Assembly: GCA_964036045.1 (NCBI GenBank)
Contig: OZ038378.1
Location: forward strand, 172,422,001-172,486,000
Direction of reading: 5' to 3'
From: Eutreptiella sp. 'Long Island Sound 2002'
Lineage: Eukaryota > Protista > Euglenida
DNA length: 64,000 nucleotides
The notes beneath the pieces are model-generated. The model was given only the letters and a program-made list of their open reading frames with translations. It made no database searches and was not told where the DNA came from. The first letter of the stretch is position 1; every line of letters starts with the position of its first letter. Made by a program: the position numbers and the translations under genes. Below, in pieces: positions 48,935 through 61,616 of the stretch.

Positions 48935-50234
48935 TAAGAAGGCAAAACCACCACCCAAGAGTTCTGCCCAAAGCATTCCAGTGGAAAGTGGTGAGCATGT
49001 GCAAGAGTTCAAGGTGAAGTGGAGCAGGACCAAGAACTTTCACACCGAGCCGGTCAAGGAGTAGGTCTTTGAAGCCCTTTGAATGCATCTTATGCTGTAT
49101 TCTGTCGTTTTTGCAGTGCAATTTCTGTGCCTGCAAATGTGCGTGTACGGTGGTGGTGCGGTTCCCCAAGGGGGGGTGGGGGGCCGTCTTCCCTGGGGTG
49201 GGGAATGGCGGGGGGGGGGGGGGCAAGTCATTTAGTGTCGGTAGCTCCAAGCCCCCTTGAAAGATTCGCGAGAATGCAGCTTCATCTGGCCTACTCATGA
49301 GGGCCGCAACCCACAGCAGTGCAACCAAGCCTCCCAAACCCTCCCCGAAACCAACTGCACTCATGGGCCATGTAAGCACAATATCAGCTGGAAATTCATC
49401 AATTGCACAGCAAGTCTGTAGGTCACTGAAATCCAATGCAACGTTGATGTGCGAGAGAGTATCTCTGGAAAACGCGGGGATCTAGTGTATCATACATATG
49501 ACATACCTGTTTTGCCAAGAAATGTCCTTAGTACTCTAATTTGAACATTTTGGGTCAGCCTAACAACAGAAACCCAATAGAAACTGGATGGTAGCACCAG
49601 TTCACTCTCATGGCATGCTTGAAAAGGAAAGGGTAGCTGAGAATTGCCAAAATTCTAAAATGCCAAAGTCCAAGTGCAAGTGCAAGTGGGCAAGAGCATC
49701 TTCTCTTGGACCCTCATGCACTTTGGGCACCACATGCACATGTGTATTGTTTTTTCTTGGGACCCTTCCCCGGTGCACTTGTGCACATTGCATTTGAACC
49801 TTTGCCAAGACACATTTAAAACCCTCAAATGATGTTGAGCTGCATTGGTTTGCATTTGCATTGTGTGGTTTGGCGGTGTTTGGTTAGCTACACGATATGT
49901 ATGGAGGCAAGGGACAATTTTAGAATAAAGTGCACACATGGTAAAATAATTTTTCCTCCCACTTGGGGTGGGGTGTAGTATGCTCCCTCCCTGCCGGATG
50001 GTGCCTTGTTGGCATGGTGGTCTCGGAGCAGATGGCAGTCCTTTTTCTGTTTTCTCGCAGGCCACCCTCAAAACCTACTCCATTCGCCGTCCAACAGCCA
50101 ACGGCTGCTTCCCGTTGCCGCATTTTTGACTTTTGAGCCCAGCCGGACACTCGTAATGCGTGCCATTGACGCGTTCTTTTTGTGGCCGTTGAAGTCCGCT
50201 CTGCTTTTTCACACAGGCCTCGATCTCCCCAAAC

Positions 50235-51677
50235 ATGGGGCATATCGCCCTCGCGTCTGCAGACGTGTGGGGGCAGATCTTGCAGTTTCAGCCCGTGAGC
50301 ACTGCCATTCGGATGTCCCGGACCAACCGGTTGCTGCATGGCATCGTGGAGGCAGAGGTCCTGTCCAAGCCAGAGCGCCTCATTCAAGTGTGCAGGTACG
50401 CAATGTGGCCCAGCATCGAACTGGTGCATCCCCTGGACCCTGCGTACTCGGCCCACGGCGTTGTCCTGGAGCTCAGCCATGAACTTTGCGCAGACCTCGG
50501 GGCTGTGCTGCGCGCGGTGTTCCATTCAGATCTCCTGAACAGCCGGGGGCATGCGGTGGGGCACATGGCGGACGCGTCGCCTGTGGCCGCTACGGCCCTG
50601 CAGCGCGTCCTCCCGCACCTTCCCGGAGCTCATCGGAGGCGCATGGCGGCTGTGGCCCAGCTCACGGCGCGGAGCCTCGTCCCGCTGCGCTGCATTGCAC
50701 ACGCGTACGCGGAAGAGGAGGCCCCCGAACTTTGGACCCATCTGCCCTCCGCCTCCGTGACCCACAAATCGCACGTGTTGCTGATTGGGCATCTGCCCCT
50801 GGCGGACCGCGAGACTGAGGCTACGTCAAGCAACAGTGCGCAGCCCGGAACACTGCAACACCGCGATACGGATCTGGGGGACATGGACCGCTGCACGCCG
50901 GACCGGGACGTACCGAGTCCCGGCGACCCGAGCGGCGGTCTGGGTCGCGGTTGTCTCGGCGTCCGGGCCTCCTCTCGCCCCCCCAATGCGTTGCATGATG
51001 TGCAATCCCTTTTGACCGGGGCCACAACAGCACCGGAGTCATTCCCGGAGGTAAAGGCTGGGGGGGACTGGTATAAGTTCGCGGAGGAGCTGCAGGGCCT
51101 GGCCGCAGCTGCCGGAAGCGATGCGCAGCTGGTCGCCGTCCGCTTGTCGACGTATTTGGAGTTCACACACTGCGACGCCCGGAGGTGTCGGCAAGCGCGT
51201 CGGGAGGATGAGGGGGATGGGGGGCCGGAGGATCGGTACGACTGCGACCTCTCCATGGCCGACGAGGCCGTGGAGAAGGAGATTGCGCGGAAGTACGTGA
51301 CGGGCCTGTACATCCAAAGTGCCATGTTGCCGCCCGCCGACCGGGTGTACAAGCCCCGGGTGGATGCCCCGGGCTATTGGATGACCCAGCACCGGGTCCC
51401 GACCCACCGCTTGACGAGGCATGGCCAGCTTTGCCAGGTCAACACTTGCACACTGGGCCGGCTTTGTAGGTATGCCCACCATGAGGCAGAACTCAACCAG
51501 GACTTTTATGCGTGGGAATTGGACCTGTTCAGGCCGGAGAGGAGCCGCCGTTTGGAGCTGATGGCCGAGGCCAGGCATGGGTACCGCACTCTTTTCAAGG
51601 AGGTCCAGGGTGTGTGCCCGCGGCGGGTCTGTTGGCTCTGCCATGGGCTACAGAAGGATTCGGTATTGCAATTGTAG
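50235..51677 (+). CDS. Intronless 480-aa protein with an F-box-like N-terminus and CCCH-type zinc finger(s)
   Basis: Long GC3-rich ORF. LASADVWGQILQFQPVSTAIRMSRTNRLLHGIV resembles an F-box. C-x4-C-x5-C-x3-H occurs at 51432-51479 and YRTLFKEVQGVCPRRVCWLCH at 51582-51644. Confidence 0.75.
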   Translation: MGHIALASADVWGQILQFQPVSTAIRMSRTNRLLHGIVEAEVLSKPERLIQVCRYAMWPSIELVHPLDPAYSAHGVVLELSHELCADLGAVLRAVFHSDLLNSRGHAVGHMADASPVAATALQRVLPHLPGAHRRRMAAVAQLTARSLVPLRCIAHAYAEEEAPELWTHLPSASVTHKSHVLLIGHLPLADRETEATSSNSAQPGTLQHRDTDLGDMDRCTPDRDVPSPGDPSGGLGRGCLGVRASSRPPNALHDVQSLLTGATTAPESFPEVKAGGDWYKFAEELQGLAAAAGSDAQLVAVRLSTYLEFTHCDARRCRQARREDEGDGGPEDRYDCDLSMADEAVEKEIARKYVTGLYIQSAMLPPADRVYKPRVDAPGYWMTQHRVPTHRLTRHGQLCQVNTCTLGRLCRYAHHEAELNQDFYAWELDLFRPERSRRLELMAEARHGYRTLFKEVQGVCPRRVCWLCHGLQKDSVLQL

Positions 51678-54600
51678 CATGGCCCAGCGGAGTGGGTCAT
51701 GTGGATTGTGTGTTCGTCTGTTGAGCCAACAACATTCACACAAGTGAGAGGCTTGCGTGGTATCGTGTTTGGCAGCCTCAGGGGAGGGGACGGAGGTAGC
51801 CACGGGGGTGTCAGTACCGTCGTGCTGAAGGACGTCGAATTGAAAAGGATTTCCCAATCCGGCGGTGGGCGAATATTGGCGGTGGGATTGCGTCTGGAAG
51901 CATTTACTGCGGCCACTTTGTGCGCAATTTCCTGGATTTTTGGGATTATGACACAATTTTGCGGTAGCTTCTAGTTGCTCTTGCACTACCCCTTGTCGTC
52001 CAGTTTGCAGTGTAATGGGGCCTTCCTGGCCAGCACGGGGCTTCCAGGTTCCTAGCGAGGGCCCTGGCCAGCACCCTACCAGGATTCCTACTAAAGTCCC
52101 TACAACAAATCAGGTGTCCGGAAGACTTTGCTCAAGGCAATGGGAAGAAGCAGGTCAACCAGTCAGCCCCCCCCCCCCCCCTGTCCAAAAAAAACCACTT
52201 GAGGAATGCCCTTCCTCCCAGGAGGAGGAGGGGGGGGGTCCTACCAGGTTTACACTGCCGCCCCTGGGACACCCCATTTTGCGGACCCTACTATTGCAGC
52301 CATTTCAGCCTTCCCCATTCCAAGGGTTGCATGGCTGGTTGACACCTCGTTGCTGTAGGGAACCTGATACAGCAGGCGGGCTCCTGCCTCCTCATGGAAC
52401 CTGGTATAACAGGTGTTGTGCGGCCGATTGACTCCTCCTTTCGGGGACCTGACATAGTAGGCATTCCATCCCCATCTGATATGGTTGGGGTGGTGAATCC
52501 TGATACAGTGGGGGCCATACAGCTGGCTGTGCGCTTGGGCCTCCAAAAGGTTGTGCAGCATTCAATTCTTGTAGCACTCGATTTCTAGTTTCGCATGCGA
52601 TGTTTGTCAAGGCCGGTATGGTAGTTGGGTTCATCTCACCAAAGATGAGTTGCATCTGGTGTTTGGGTTTTGTTTTAGTATTTTTTTACGACCTCACGAA
52701 GCCCCTAAAATGCTCTTGTTGGCTTGAGGCTTGAGGCAGTCCGTGCAATAGCGAACGACGCCGGAGTTGAGTGCATTCCTGTGCGGGGCAGGGGCCCACA
52801 AAAATTTGAAGAACCACCCGAAAATGCGTTACTGGGTTTGGTACCCTCCAGTGAATACATCATAACTCCTAATTGCACCTGGCTGTCTAATAAACAAGAG
52901 GGTCCCCAATCATTGTTATACTGTGAAGGTCCCTTGATCCATTGATGAAACACTGTTTCTGCTTCAACGACAAATCTTTCGGATGGGAATGCATTGGCGG
53001 ACCACTTCAGCTACTCTCACCCCTTCACTGCCCATAGACGCAAACGAGAAACGACCTCGATCAACCGAAGCGGGTACACACAAAAGACAAAGCACTGGGC
53101 ACAGGTGTTGTATTGCCACCTCAGACCAAACAAAACCAAACACAACTCCCTCAAATCTGCATTTGACACAAACAGGCAAACAATGGCAGAAGAATTGTCC
53201 TTGATCCCATGAATATACGATTTTATCGCCAAAATCTTGTCTCACATTGCTCACGACACTTGATACCAAATGAAACTGGGTAGTTGTGAGAATCAGGCCG
53301 TTCCTGGTATAACCATCTCAAATTAGCCTCCGAACAAATTGGTAGACAGTCGCCTGTCTAACTAACGCAAGGCACTATTTCAGGCTTTTTGCAGGCGCGC
53401 ATGGGCACGGGGGCACTATCCTCGTGCAGCACTTGTAATGCGGAGGGAGAGATGAATGGTTGTGTGAGGAACCCGAAGGCAAGTCGCAGGATGTGTGGGT
53501 CATTCATTGATTGACAAGTTCTTTGGTGGTTGCAGCTGTATTACACAACGGCATCTTTTGTCAGCACAAGTAATGCTTTCAACAGGTAGCGTCCACCGTT
53601 GTTTAAATTGCGGATGATTTACTGCCTGTAATCTCGTTTGTGTGGCAAATGGATGAAGTAAATCGCTGGAAGTGTCCTGCCGGAAACACCAAGTGACGGT
53701 CACAATTGCATTCCCCAACAAAGACCTGCAGCCAGCAAACACTGAGTGTCGGAACCACATTGATTTGGTAATCAGAGGAAAACGGCATGTGCACCAGGTC
53801 TGATGATCAAAATGATTCTTCTGCAAGTGTACTTGTTGTCAAGGCCCCACAGTACCAACCCGCCTATAGAGATGCTGCAGCGGCCCTTTAAACCGCTGTA
53901 CCGTATTGCACCATGTACTCCCGATTGAATGAGTTGCCGGGGAAAACATACTTCCAACCTTTTTGGGCACCTCTTTATCCCCAACCTGTTTGACCATTTT
54001 GCCGCGAAAACATTTTTCGTGACCCTTTCGGCACCAAAATTTGCAATAAGGCGCACTCCCTCCATCGGGCTGCTGGACAAATAAGTCAGGGATGCCTAAA
54101 CGCTGTGCGACTTGCACGAACGGCGGCGTTGTGCCCCGAGCAACAAAAGACAACCAGCCACACCGGGATATACAATCCGACCCTGTGGTACAGGGTCTGA
54201 GGCGCCCGGCATCGGCCACTTTTGCCTGCACGCGGCATCGTGAAGCATATTCCAAAACGAACCACGGCAGAGCAAAACAGGACGTCGATACGGGACCTTG
54301 ACACAAAGAGTTTCGGGTTGTTGTGTGCGCGCACCGTGCAATGTTTTTGTATGACCCCTGGACCCAAAATGTTGTTTCCTGCGCCGTCTTAGATTTGGGC
54401 AGTTTTCCAAGGGTTCTGTCCAGGGGGTAATTTCCGGGAGCCCAACCAAAAGGGTCCGAACCGTCCGCACACTGTGCGACATCGCCCTCCATGGCTGCTA
54501 CGATGTTGTGAGTCGTGGTGCGGAATCGCATTCGATGGGGGCTGGACTGAGGTAAATGCAACGTGGTGCAGAGAAGGCTCATGGCAAACATGTCGCTGCA

Positions 54601-56222
54601 GCTGCAGACCTGTGAGACACCACGAGGGCTTCTTTGTGTCCTCCTCCTGCCTCGTGTAGCTTGGACAAGGGCGTCCCTTGACCACAAGAAGAACGAAAAA
54701 TTGTTCTCGCGGAATGGCTGCAGATTGAAATGCAGATTCTCAGAACGATTTAGGATAATGTGCTGTTGTGCCCTCGTTCATCACCAGATTGGGCGACAGA
54801 AATGGGTGACAGTGCAGGCTGCCACACAACAGCCACCCTTGGTGAGTGCTCGAGCTCTGGAACTGGCGGCCTCCAAGGGCATTCAGATTGCAATTTTCTT
54901 GTCTGGACATAAACCGGCGGCCAATTGGGAGAAACGGTGTGCCGGATGTTCCGATCTGGGTGTGTCTTGGCTTGAGCTCTGTTGTGATGCAGATCAATAC
55001 CATGGATGGCAGTACCCCCGCGTTCACTCCCGCACTTGGGCACACTGCAATTCCAGCTTCTGTGCCTGCACATCCAACTGCAAAGACCTCACATTCATCG
55101 CTGAACATAAGAAAGAGGAGCAACACTTGGAGGGTCCTGTGCTTGAACTGTTGCTGTTATGCTGTGTGGTCCTCTCAGGTCCTCTCCACTGCACCCCCTT
55201 CGCCAAACATGGCACGAGGAGAGGCCTGTGCTTTTGCTTTTGTTGTGGTTTCTGTAGCCAGTCCAGAATGGTTGTTTCTATGGTAGGTGGCAAATGCTGT
55301 GAAGTAAAGCACTCCACTTTTCTTACAGGATCATGCGCGTATGCCTCAAAGGCCATGGCCTTCTGCAAAAAACCTTGCACGACGTAAAGTGCCTCGAATT
55401 ACTGCTTGTGAATCGTACTTTCCTGTTGTTGTTCACGCTTCCTGACGGTCTGCCCACACAGATGGTCATGTGGTCCATGGTGTTGCCATGAAGTCGCTTT
55501 GTCCCTTAGGGACTGGACTCGGGCTTTAACCGGCAGGCGCAACAATAAACGGTTGGTGGCTCCCACTGTCCAAATCATCGGACGTTCCCCACTGTTATGG
55601 CTGCCCAAATGTGATGTCCTGAACGTGCACCGCCGGGTCTGAGTGAGCACGCGCCTGCCACTATTATGCGTCGTTCTGCTCGTGGGGATGATTTTGTGTC
55701 AAGGAATAGGAAGCCCAAAGCCATTCCAAAACCTGAAGCTAAGCCTGCTCCAAGCCTGCCCCCAAAGGGCAAGCATGTGAAATTGTTCAAGATGAGGCGC
55801 AAGGTTGGAAAGGGCTTCTATTCCACAGCTCCTGATGCCCTGATGGGCATGGGCAGTGAGGACCTGCAGAACTTGCTGAAAAATGCTGCACATTGTGTTC
55901 TAGTGCCCTGTAACAATAGTGCTTAGGGTGAGGTATGGGCAGGTTTTCGGTCACCAGGACCCGGTGTGACCGTCGTTCTCCTGACTTTCCTGGTGCTTGC
56001 GTGGGGGGGGGGGGGGTATGAGCCCGGAGAAGGCTCATAAGACTGCGGGGCCCCACGCTGGAGGAGGCGCAGCATGGCCCCGGGGCGCTGGCCCACTGCC
56101 ATTGTTCCACCCCCTTCCCGCCACGCGCTGTTGCGCATCTTTTATGGTTTGCATTCCTTTGTACCTGCGTAGCCCCCAACCGTGTGTGCCCACCGAAGCC
56201 AACTCCTGCGCCCCGCCCTCAG

Positions 56223-56756
56223 ATCGGCATCCTGGTCGTCCTGGCGCTGTATTTAAGCGAGCAGCCCCCTTCCAACCACTGGTCGCGCCTGCGGCAAAAG
56301 TCACAGCTGGTCAGCGCCGTCCTCATTTGGCTCATTTGTGTAGCCACCCTCATCGACATCGTCCACGGCGTCAATTATGTGCAGCAGGGCCGGCGGATGA
56401 GATCCGCGAGGGGCGAGTTCATACAGATGAAGAAGGAGAGCATTGGCAGGACCGAGCACATGCGCACGCCCCCGTTCTGCCTCGCCATCGTCGGGTTTTA
56501 TCTGCCGGGGCTCGTGGTGCAACTCCTCGTTTTGGTGTTGTTTTTGTTCTGCAGCGTTGCACAGGTGCGGGTCTGGGTGGACGACGACTACTCCATGTAC
56601 AAAGTTGTCGTGGGGGGCCTCGCGCTGCAGGTCATCAACGAACTGGACAATGACGTGGTCCAACATGTCTTCTGCGAACTGGACCGCCAGCTCGACGAAT
56701 GGGACCGTCTCCGAAGGGGCTTCCAAAGGAGCGACGACGTGGATGATGTCCATTGA
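56223..56756 (+). CDS. Terminal exon of an uncharacterised multi-pass membrane protein
   Basis: Acceptor CCGCCCTCAG| in phase 0, several hydrophobic segments, GC3-rich codons and an ALQVINELDN motif. Possible exon 1 is 56074-56160 (62-nt intron). Confidence 0.7.
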   Translation: MGILVVLALYLSEQPPSNHWSRLRQKSQLVSAVLIWLICVATLIDIVHGVNYVQQGRRMRSARGEFIQMKKESIGRTEHMRTPPFCLAIVGFYLPGLVVQLLVLVLFLFCSVAQVRVWVDDDYSMYKVVVGGLALQVINELDNDVVQHVFCELDRQLDEWDRLRRGFQRSDDVDDVH

Positions 56757-59700
56757 GCATAGGGCACTGCGCACATCAACCCGAAGCGCTTTGAAGTCTT
56801 CGACGTTGCTTCAACAGTCTAACAAGACGCATCCGCACAGACGAACGCACGGCACACTGCGGCAGCAATAGAGTCCTCTTCAGGGGCTGAGTATGGAAAC
56901 TCAAAAGAATCGCTATTTGTTCGAAATCATACCCCAACAGCGCACCCCAGGGGTTTTCAGGATCGGACACTCTCAGGCAGTGCATTGCACCCTGAAATGT
57001 TGTACATATAGTTGCTGTCCTTGAATGGTGCAATCGAAGTGAAAAACGGCTCCAATGGTGGGCACTCAGGTCTGCTCTTCAGGAACCTGTTTTTTGTGTT
57101 ATGTTCAGGGCGGCCCGCCAGGCTGCCGGTTTGACTGCCAACTGCTCTGAGTGACCAGCCAACCGCTGTTCTTTGGCCGAGGCTCAGTACTGCCCTTCTT
57201 CCATTTGCTCCCTCCAACCTCCTTCCTTTGCACCAAATGAACAGCATTTGTGCTTTTGACAAGTGCAGCCTGCCGCAAGTGAAGGGAGGTAAACTCTTAG
57301 GGGGAGTGTCAGTGCACTGGGTGCACGCTGGGCATCTTTTTGGGCCCATCCCCTGCCCATGACCATTTTTGACTCCCTCCCTGCTTTGCCTCACCCGTAT
57401 CCACACCAAACAATCCACAAATTGAGTGGCCCCTTGAGTTGGGAATATGGAATCATAATCCACAAATTTCTGTGACCTGGGGATATGCTATGGACCATGG
57501 GACCATGTCCCACCTCATGTTTAGACTGATAACAGCAACTCGGCCGCCACGCAAGATGGGAGAGGATGAGGCAGAGGTGTGTGCTTTGTGCACAGGAGAG
57601 CCAAAGGACTGTTTCCGCCTCCATTTCATCTCGAACTCCTGCTTCTCTTCCACCAATTCCATCTCAAGTTTCATCCCGGATCCCACTTGCATTTCCGCCT
57701 CCCAGTTCCACTTCGAATTCTACCTCCAAATCCACCTTCGAATGCACCTCCAGTTCCATATTGAATGCGACCTCCCATTCCACCAATGCAAGCGAGGTGG
57801 AATTGGAGCTGAAATTGGAGGCGTGTTTTTTTGTGGAATCGAAATTGGATGATAAAGGGTTCCCAGGGCAACCTACTTCTCCCTGCAACACACCCAACAT
57901 TGCTGCAAATGATCAGCTTTTGCCCAAACATCAAGTTCGGAGTGAAAGCATTCAGTTGCGATATCTTCCAGCGCTCCTACTCCACCCTCTATGCCATCTC
58001 TTCCACCTTCAATGCGGCTTGCAAGAGCACGGGGAAAGCGGCCTTACACCGGGCCACACTTGTGGGAATAATACTGTTTGTCAGGCACATGAGAAATGAC
58101 ATGCATTGACATTGAATTCAAGTATTTTGCTTCATACAGCGTGCTTTGGTTAGGGAAGGTTTGCGGTCCACTCTGGTCTACTTAGGGGGCTTCTCTAGGG
58201 GAGCGTGAAACTGGGGTTAAAGCCGGCATAGGTAATAAAAAGGTAGTGCGCCGGGGGCGTAGGGGAAAACTCCCCCTTAAAACCACATGGCATTGGGTAT
58301 GGGGTTACAGAGTGGGACAGTTGTACTACTACTGGACACCTCCGCCAAGAAAAAAGAGAAACTGGGCCAAGGGAAAGGTGCAAGCACAGCACAAGCACCT
58401 TGAGCCCCCAGGACCAGTCACAAGACAGATACCTTCGAGACACTTATTGTACAGAACCCAACAAATGCCAGCGTCAGGGCCATTTTGTAGGAAGCATGAT
58501 TTGTCCGTGAGAGGGGGGAAGGGTGAGTTGATGGAGCATGTCAAGGTTCACTTTCAAGGGTTTTACTAGCGATAGGCAGTTTATTATTTATTATTACTCA
58601 GAACGTTTGGGTGGTCAAACTATGCGTCATTCTATTTGATGAAAAAAATTGCTTCCGTTCATCTTGAATTGTGCAAGGTGTAGGGTTGGGATGCAATCAT
58701 GAAACACATGTGGGGGTAGCAACAGATGTTTGAATGATGGAACACATATGGGGCTAGGAACCAATGATTGACCAGTTGGGAACCCATGGGTGAAGGCATG
58801 AAGGGCGAGGAACCAATGGTCAAACACATGTGGTACCCATGGGCCTTTTTGGGAAAATGTGTAACGGATGTGTGACCTTGTTCTTTCGCTCTTAAGGACC
58901 GCCTTGCTTCCAAGTTGAAAAATTTAAAGGCCCTTGGAAGGATTCGTTCCTAGCACACCCCTTTTTTGGCCACGCCAACCAAGACGAAACCATTTGTTTT
59001 TGCACAAAAACAAGCACTTTTGTGACAATTGACAATTTCTTGTCAGTTGCATCTCAGTGCATCACTTGACCACATCTCGAAGCTTTGTGCGCCATGATTG
59101 TTTGCACATGGCCCGGAACAATTGTGCACATGGAGTTCGCTGCATGTCAGCCGCCGCTACGACATGGAATTTGGAACGAGAGCAATACTGTTTGGTTGAA
59201 CCCCCACACATGTCAATTGGCCATCCTTTTGAAAGTCATCAACCCTCTACCAAAGACCCCCATGCTTGGGGCAGTGGCATGGAGGAGGGGTGGCAAGAAG
59301 GCCCCCGCTTCCATCATACTCTGCTTCCCCCCCTCCAACAAACATGCCACTTATTGACCACTCTAGTCCCATCTATAAGCACAACCGATTTGTGCAGTGG
59401 CAGCAGCCGGACTCTGCAATCTCGAGGCTGCATGACATGTATTTGTGCGTAAAACTAGTGGCTAGACCACAAACAAGTGCTAACCCAAAGCATCATGACC
59501 CCAAGTAGGTTTTGGAGGGCATGGTCTCAATGAATAGGAAGTTGAGTGGGGGACTGTGGTCAGGTGTTGGTGCATTTTGCTTGTGCAAGAGCACATGTGT
59601 GCGTGTGTGTGTGTAGTGCCTAAGTGGAGCCAAGGTAACCGAGGGTGACCTGTGGTAAAGGGAACGTGGTGAGTCTAGCCAGAAGAATGACCTTGGTTGC

Positions 59701-60687
59701 AATAGCGGGTGCAAGAGAGCTGACCCTACCGAACATTGAGGCTCGGAAACATTCTATAGTGCGGGTGATGAACTCAAGACAACATTTGGCACCATTGCAG
59801 CAAGGTCCATTGAGATGGGAGACTTCAAAAGGAACATTCTGGTTGAACTTGAGTGATTGAGTAAATGTTTCATGGCCCCCTTAGAGGCTATTGTGGCACG
59901 CGGGGTAGGACACCTTCTAGGGAGTGGGGATGCCACATTGCGGAGGTCAGCTGTGAGCACACCAAGTGGTTGGGGGATGTGGAAAGCAGCTATTTGGGGA
60001 TGGATGGATATGTACATGTCAGTATGTATCCATCTGTGGAAAGCAAGTCCAGGTCCCCAAGGGGTATCCAAAGGACACATAGGATCGGTTGGAGTACAAC
60101 CAAATGTTTATCAATGACGTGAACAAGGACATCAAAAAGAATCCCTATGAGGCTTGTGCGCGGAACATGAATCCGCGTGCAAAGCCTAAGTGCATAAGAA
60201 GTGAGTACATGAAAAAAAGTGCACGCGAAGTACATCAAAAATACCAGAAGTTTTTGTCACTTTTTTCCCCCATATGTGGCCTACACCAAAACAAAACCAA
60301 AAGTGCACGCACTTACGCCAAAAAAAAAAGCATGCAACTTACGTGTTTTTCTGCATGTGACCGACGCTTTCCTCTGACAAAAGAGCCCCCATTGAGCATG
60401 CCAGAGAATGGGTGGGCAGGAGACATCGTGGTGTTCGTATGTGTGCACATGCTCTAGTGCAGTGGACAGTGGCCTATTCAGGTCCTGGACACTAGTGCGA
60501 AAGGATGGTCAGGGAGTTATCCAGTTAGGGCTGGAGTGCCTACCCCACTGCTCTAGTGCAGTGGGGTTCCCCAAGGCATGACACATCACAGAGGCGTACA
60601 TGCTTGGGTCTATTGCCCCCAGAGGTCCCCACTTGGCACACACTGGGCAGGGCATCGCTATGGGTGCAACCCAGTATGGGGTCTGTA

Positions 60688-61616
60688 GTGAAACCTAGTA
60701 AAAAATTTTTTTTTTAAAAAGTTTTTTTTTTACTAGGTAACAGTTTACTAGGTAACACGTTTTTTTACTAGGTATTGGGAACCTAGTAAAAAAAAAAACT
60801 TTTTTTTTTACTAGGTTTCAAAACCTAGTAAAAAAAAAGTTTTTGTTTTTACTAGGTTTCAGAACTTCTGATTTTGCCCCCCGCTCTGCAGCGGTGGGGC
60901 TCCCCGATACGGCAGGGGTGAGGTAGCCACTTTGCCCACTTGTGGGCCACTTCTGATTTTGCCCCCCGCTCTGCAGCGGTGGGGATCCCCGATACGGCAG
61001 GGGTGAGGTAGCCACTTTGCCCACTTGTGGGCCACTTCTGATTTTGCCCCCCGCTCTGCAGCGGTGGGGCTCCCCGATACGGCAGGGGTGAGGTAGCCAA
61101 TTTGCCCACTTGTGGGCCACTTCTGATTTTGCCCCCCGCTCTGCAGCGGTGGGGACCTCATGTGCACCTCATATATGTATATATATATTTATCATATAAA
61201 AGCTCCTTCTTTTCTTGAGCCTCATTTTATTTTTGCTGACCTTGCAATACACGGTTTGGCCCGGGTGGGGCGCCACTTACACAAGTGGCCTGGAATAGAC
61301 CAGGGGGCACCATGCCCTTAAACATAAATACCACCTACCGTTGACCCCCCCCCCCCATAAACTTGGTTTTTTTTGTTCAAATTCAAGTCCAAATTTGTCA
61401 CTACCTAGTAACCTAGTAAGGGAAAATTTTTTAAATTTTTTGCTTTTTTTACCTAGTAAAAAAAAAAATTTTTTAAATTTTTTTTAAAATTTTTGCTTTT
61501 TTTACCTAGTAAAAAAATTTTTTTTTAAAAAAAATTTTTTTTTACTAGGTTTTGCTACATTTTACTAGGTTTTGCTACATTTTACTAGGTTTTGCTACGT
61601 GCATACTAGGTTTCAC
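60688..61616. mobile_element. Foldback-like element with modular ACCTAGT/ACTAGGT arms
   Basis: Perfect 13-bp TIR GTGAAACCTAGTA (60688-60700) / TACTAGGTTTCAC (61604-61616), internal palindromic A/T-run hairpins, and three 20-bp units TTTTACTAGGTTTTGCTACA at ~61540-61598. Confidence 0.7.
60866..61154. repeat. 85-bp tandem repeat x3.4
   Basis: Units start at 60866, 60951, 61036 and 61121 and are nearly identical. Diverged reverse-strand relatives (TGGCTACATAACCCC...) lie at ~37895-37925 and ~47930-48290. Confidence 0.95.

Noticed and set aside
8325-51352. Long alternative-frame or antisense ORFs (e.g. 8494-9222, 8853-9644, 15366-16328, 17938-19128, 18252-19157, 28397-29320, 39687-40334, 50630-51352)
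   Set aside because: They are shadows of GC-rich real exons, where stop codons are rare. They are Arg/Gly/Pro-rich with no recognisable domain.
52000-55950. Long degenerate coding-like tract, including IYFIHLPH...IIRN (P-element-like) at ~53600-53665
   Set aside because: The motif spacing does not match DxPHLxKxxRN, the frames are broken and no termini were found. It is left unassigned.
58443-58507. CTEPNKCQRQGHFVGSMICP as a Mutator-type zinc knuckle
   Set aside because: The spacing is non-canonical and there is no transposase core or TIR nearby.
60866-61154. 85-bp array (and the 32684-32815 array) as a CRISPR
   Set aside because: The units are contiguous repeats without unique spacers, no cas genes are present, and the context is eukaryotic.
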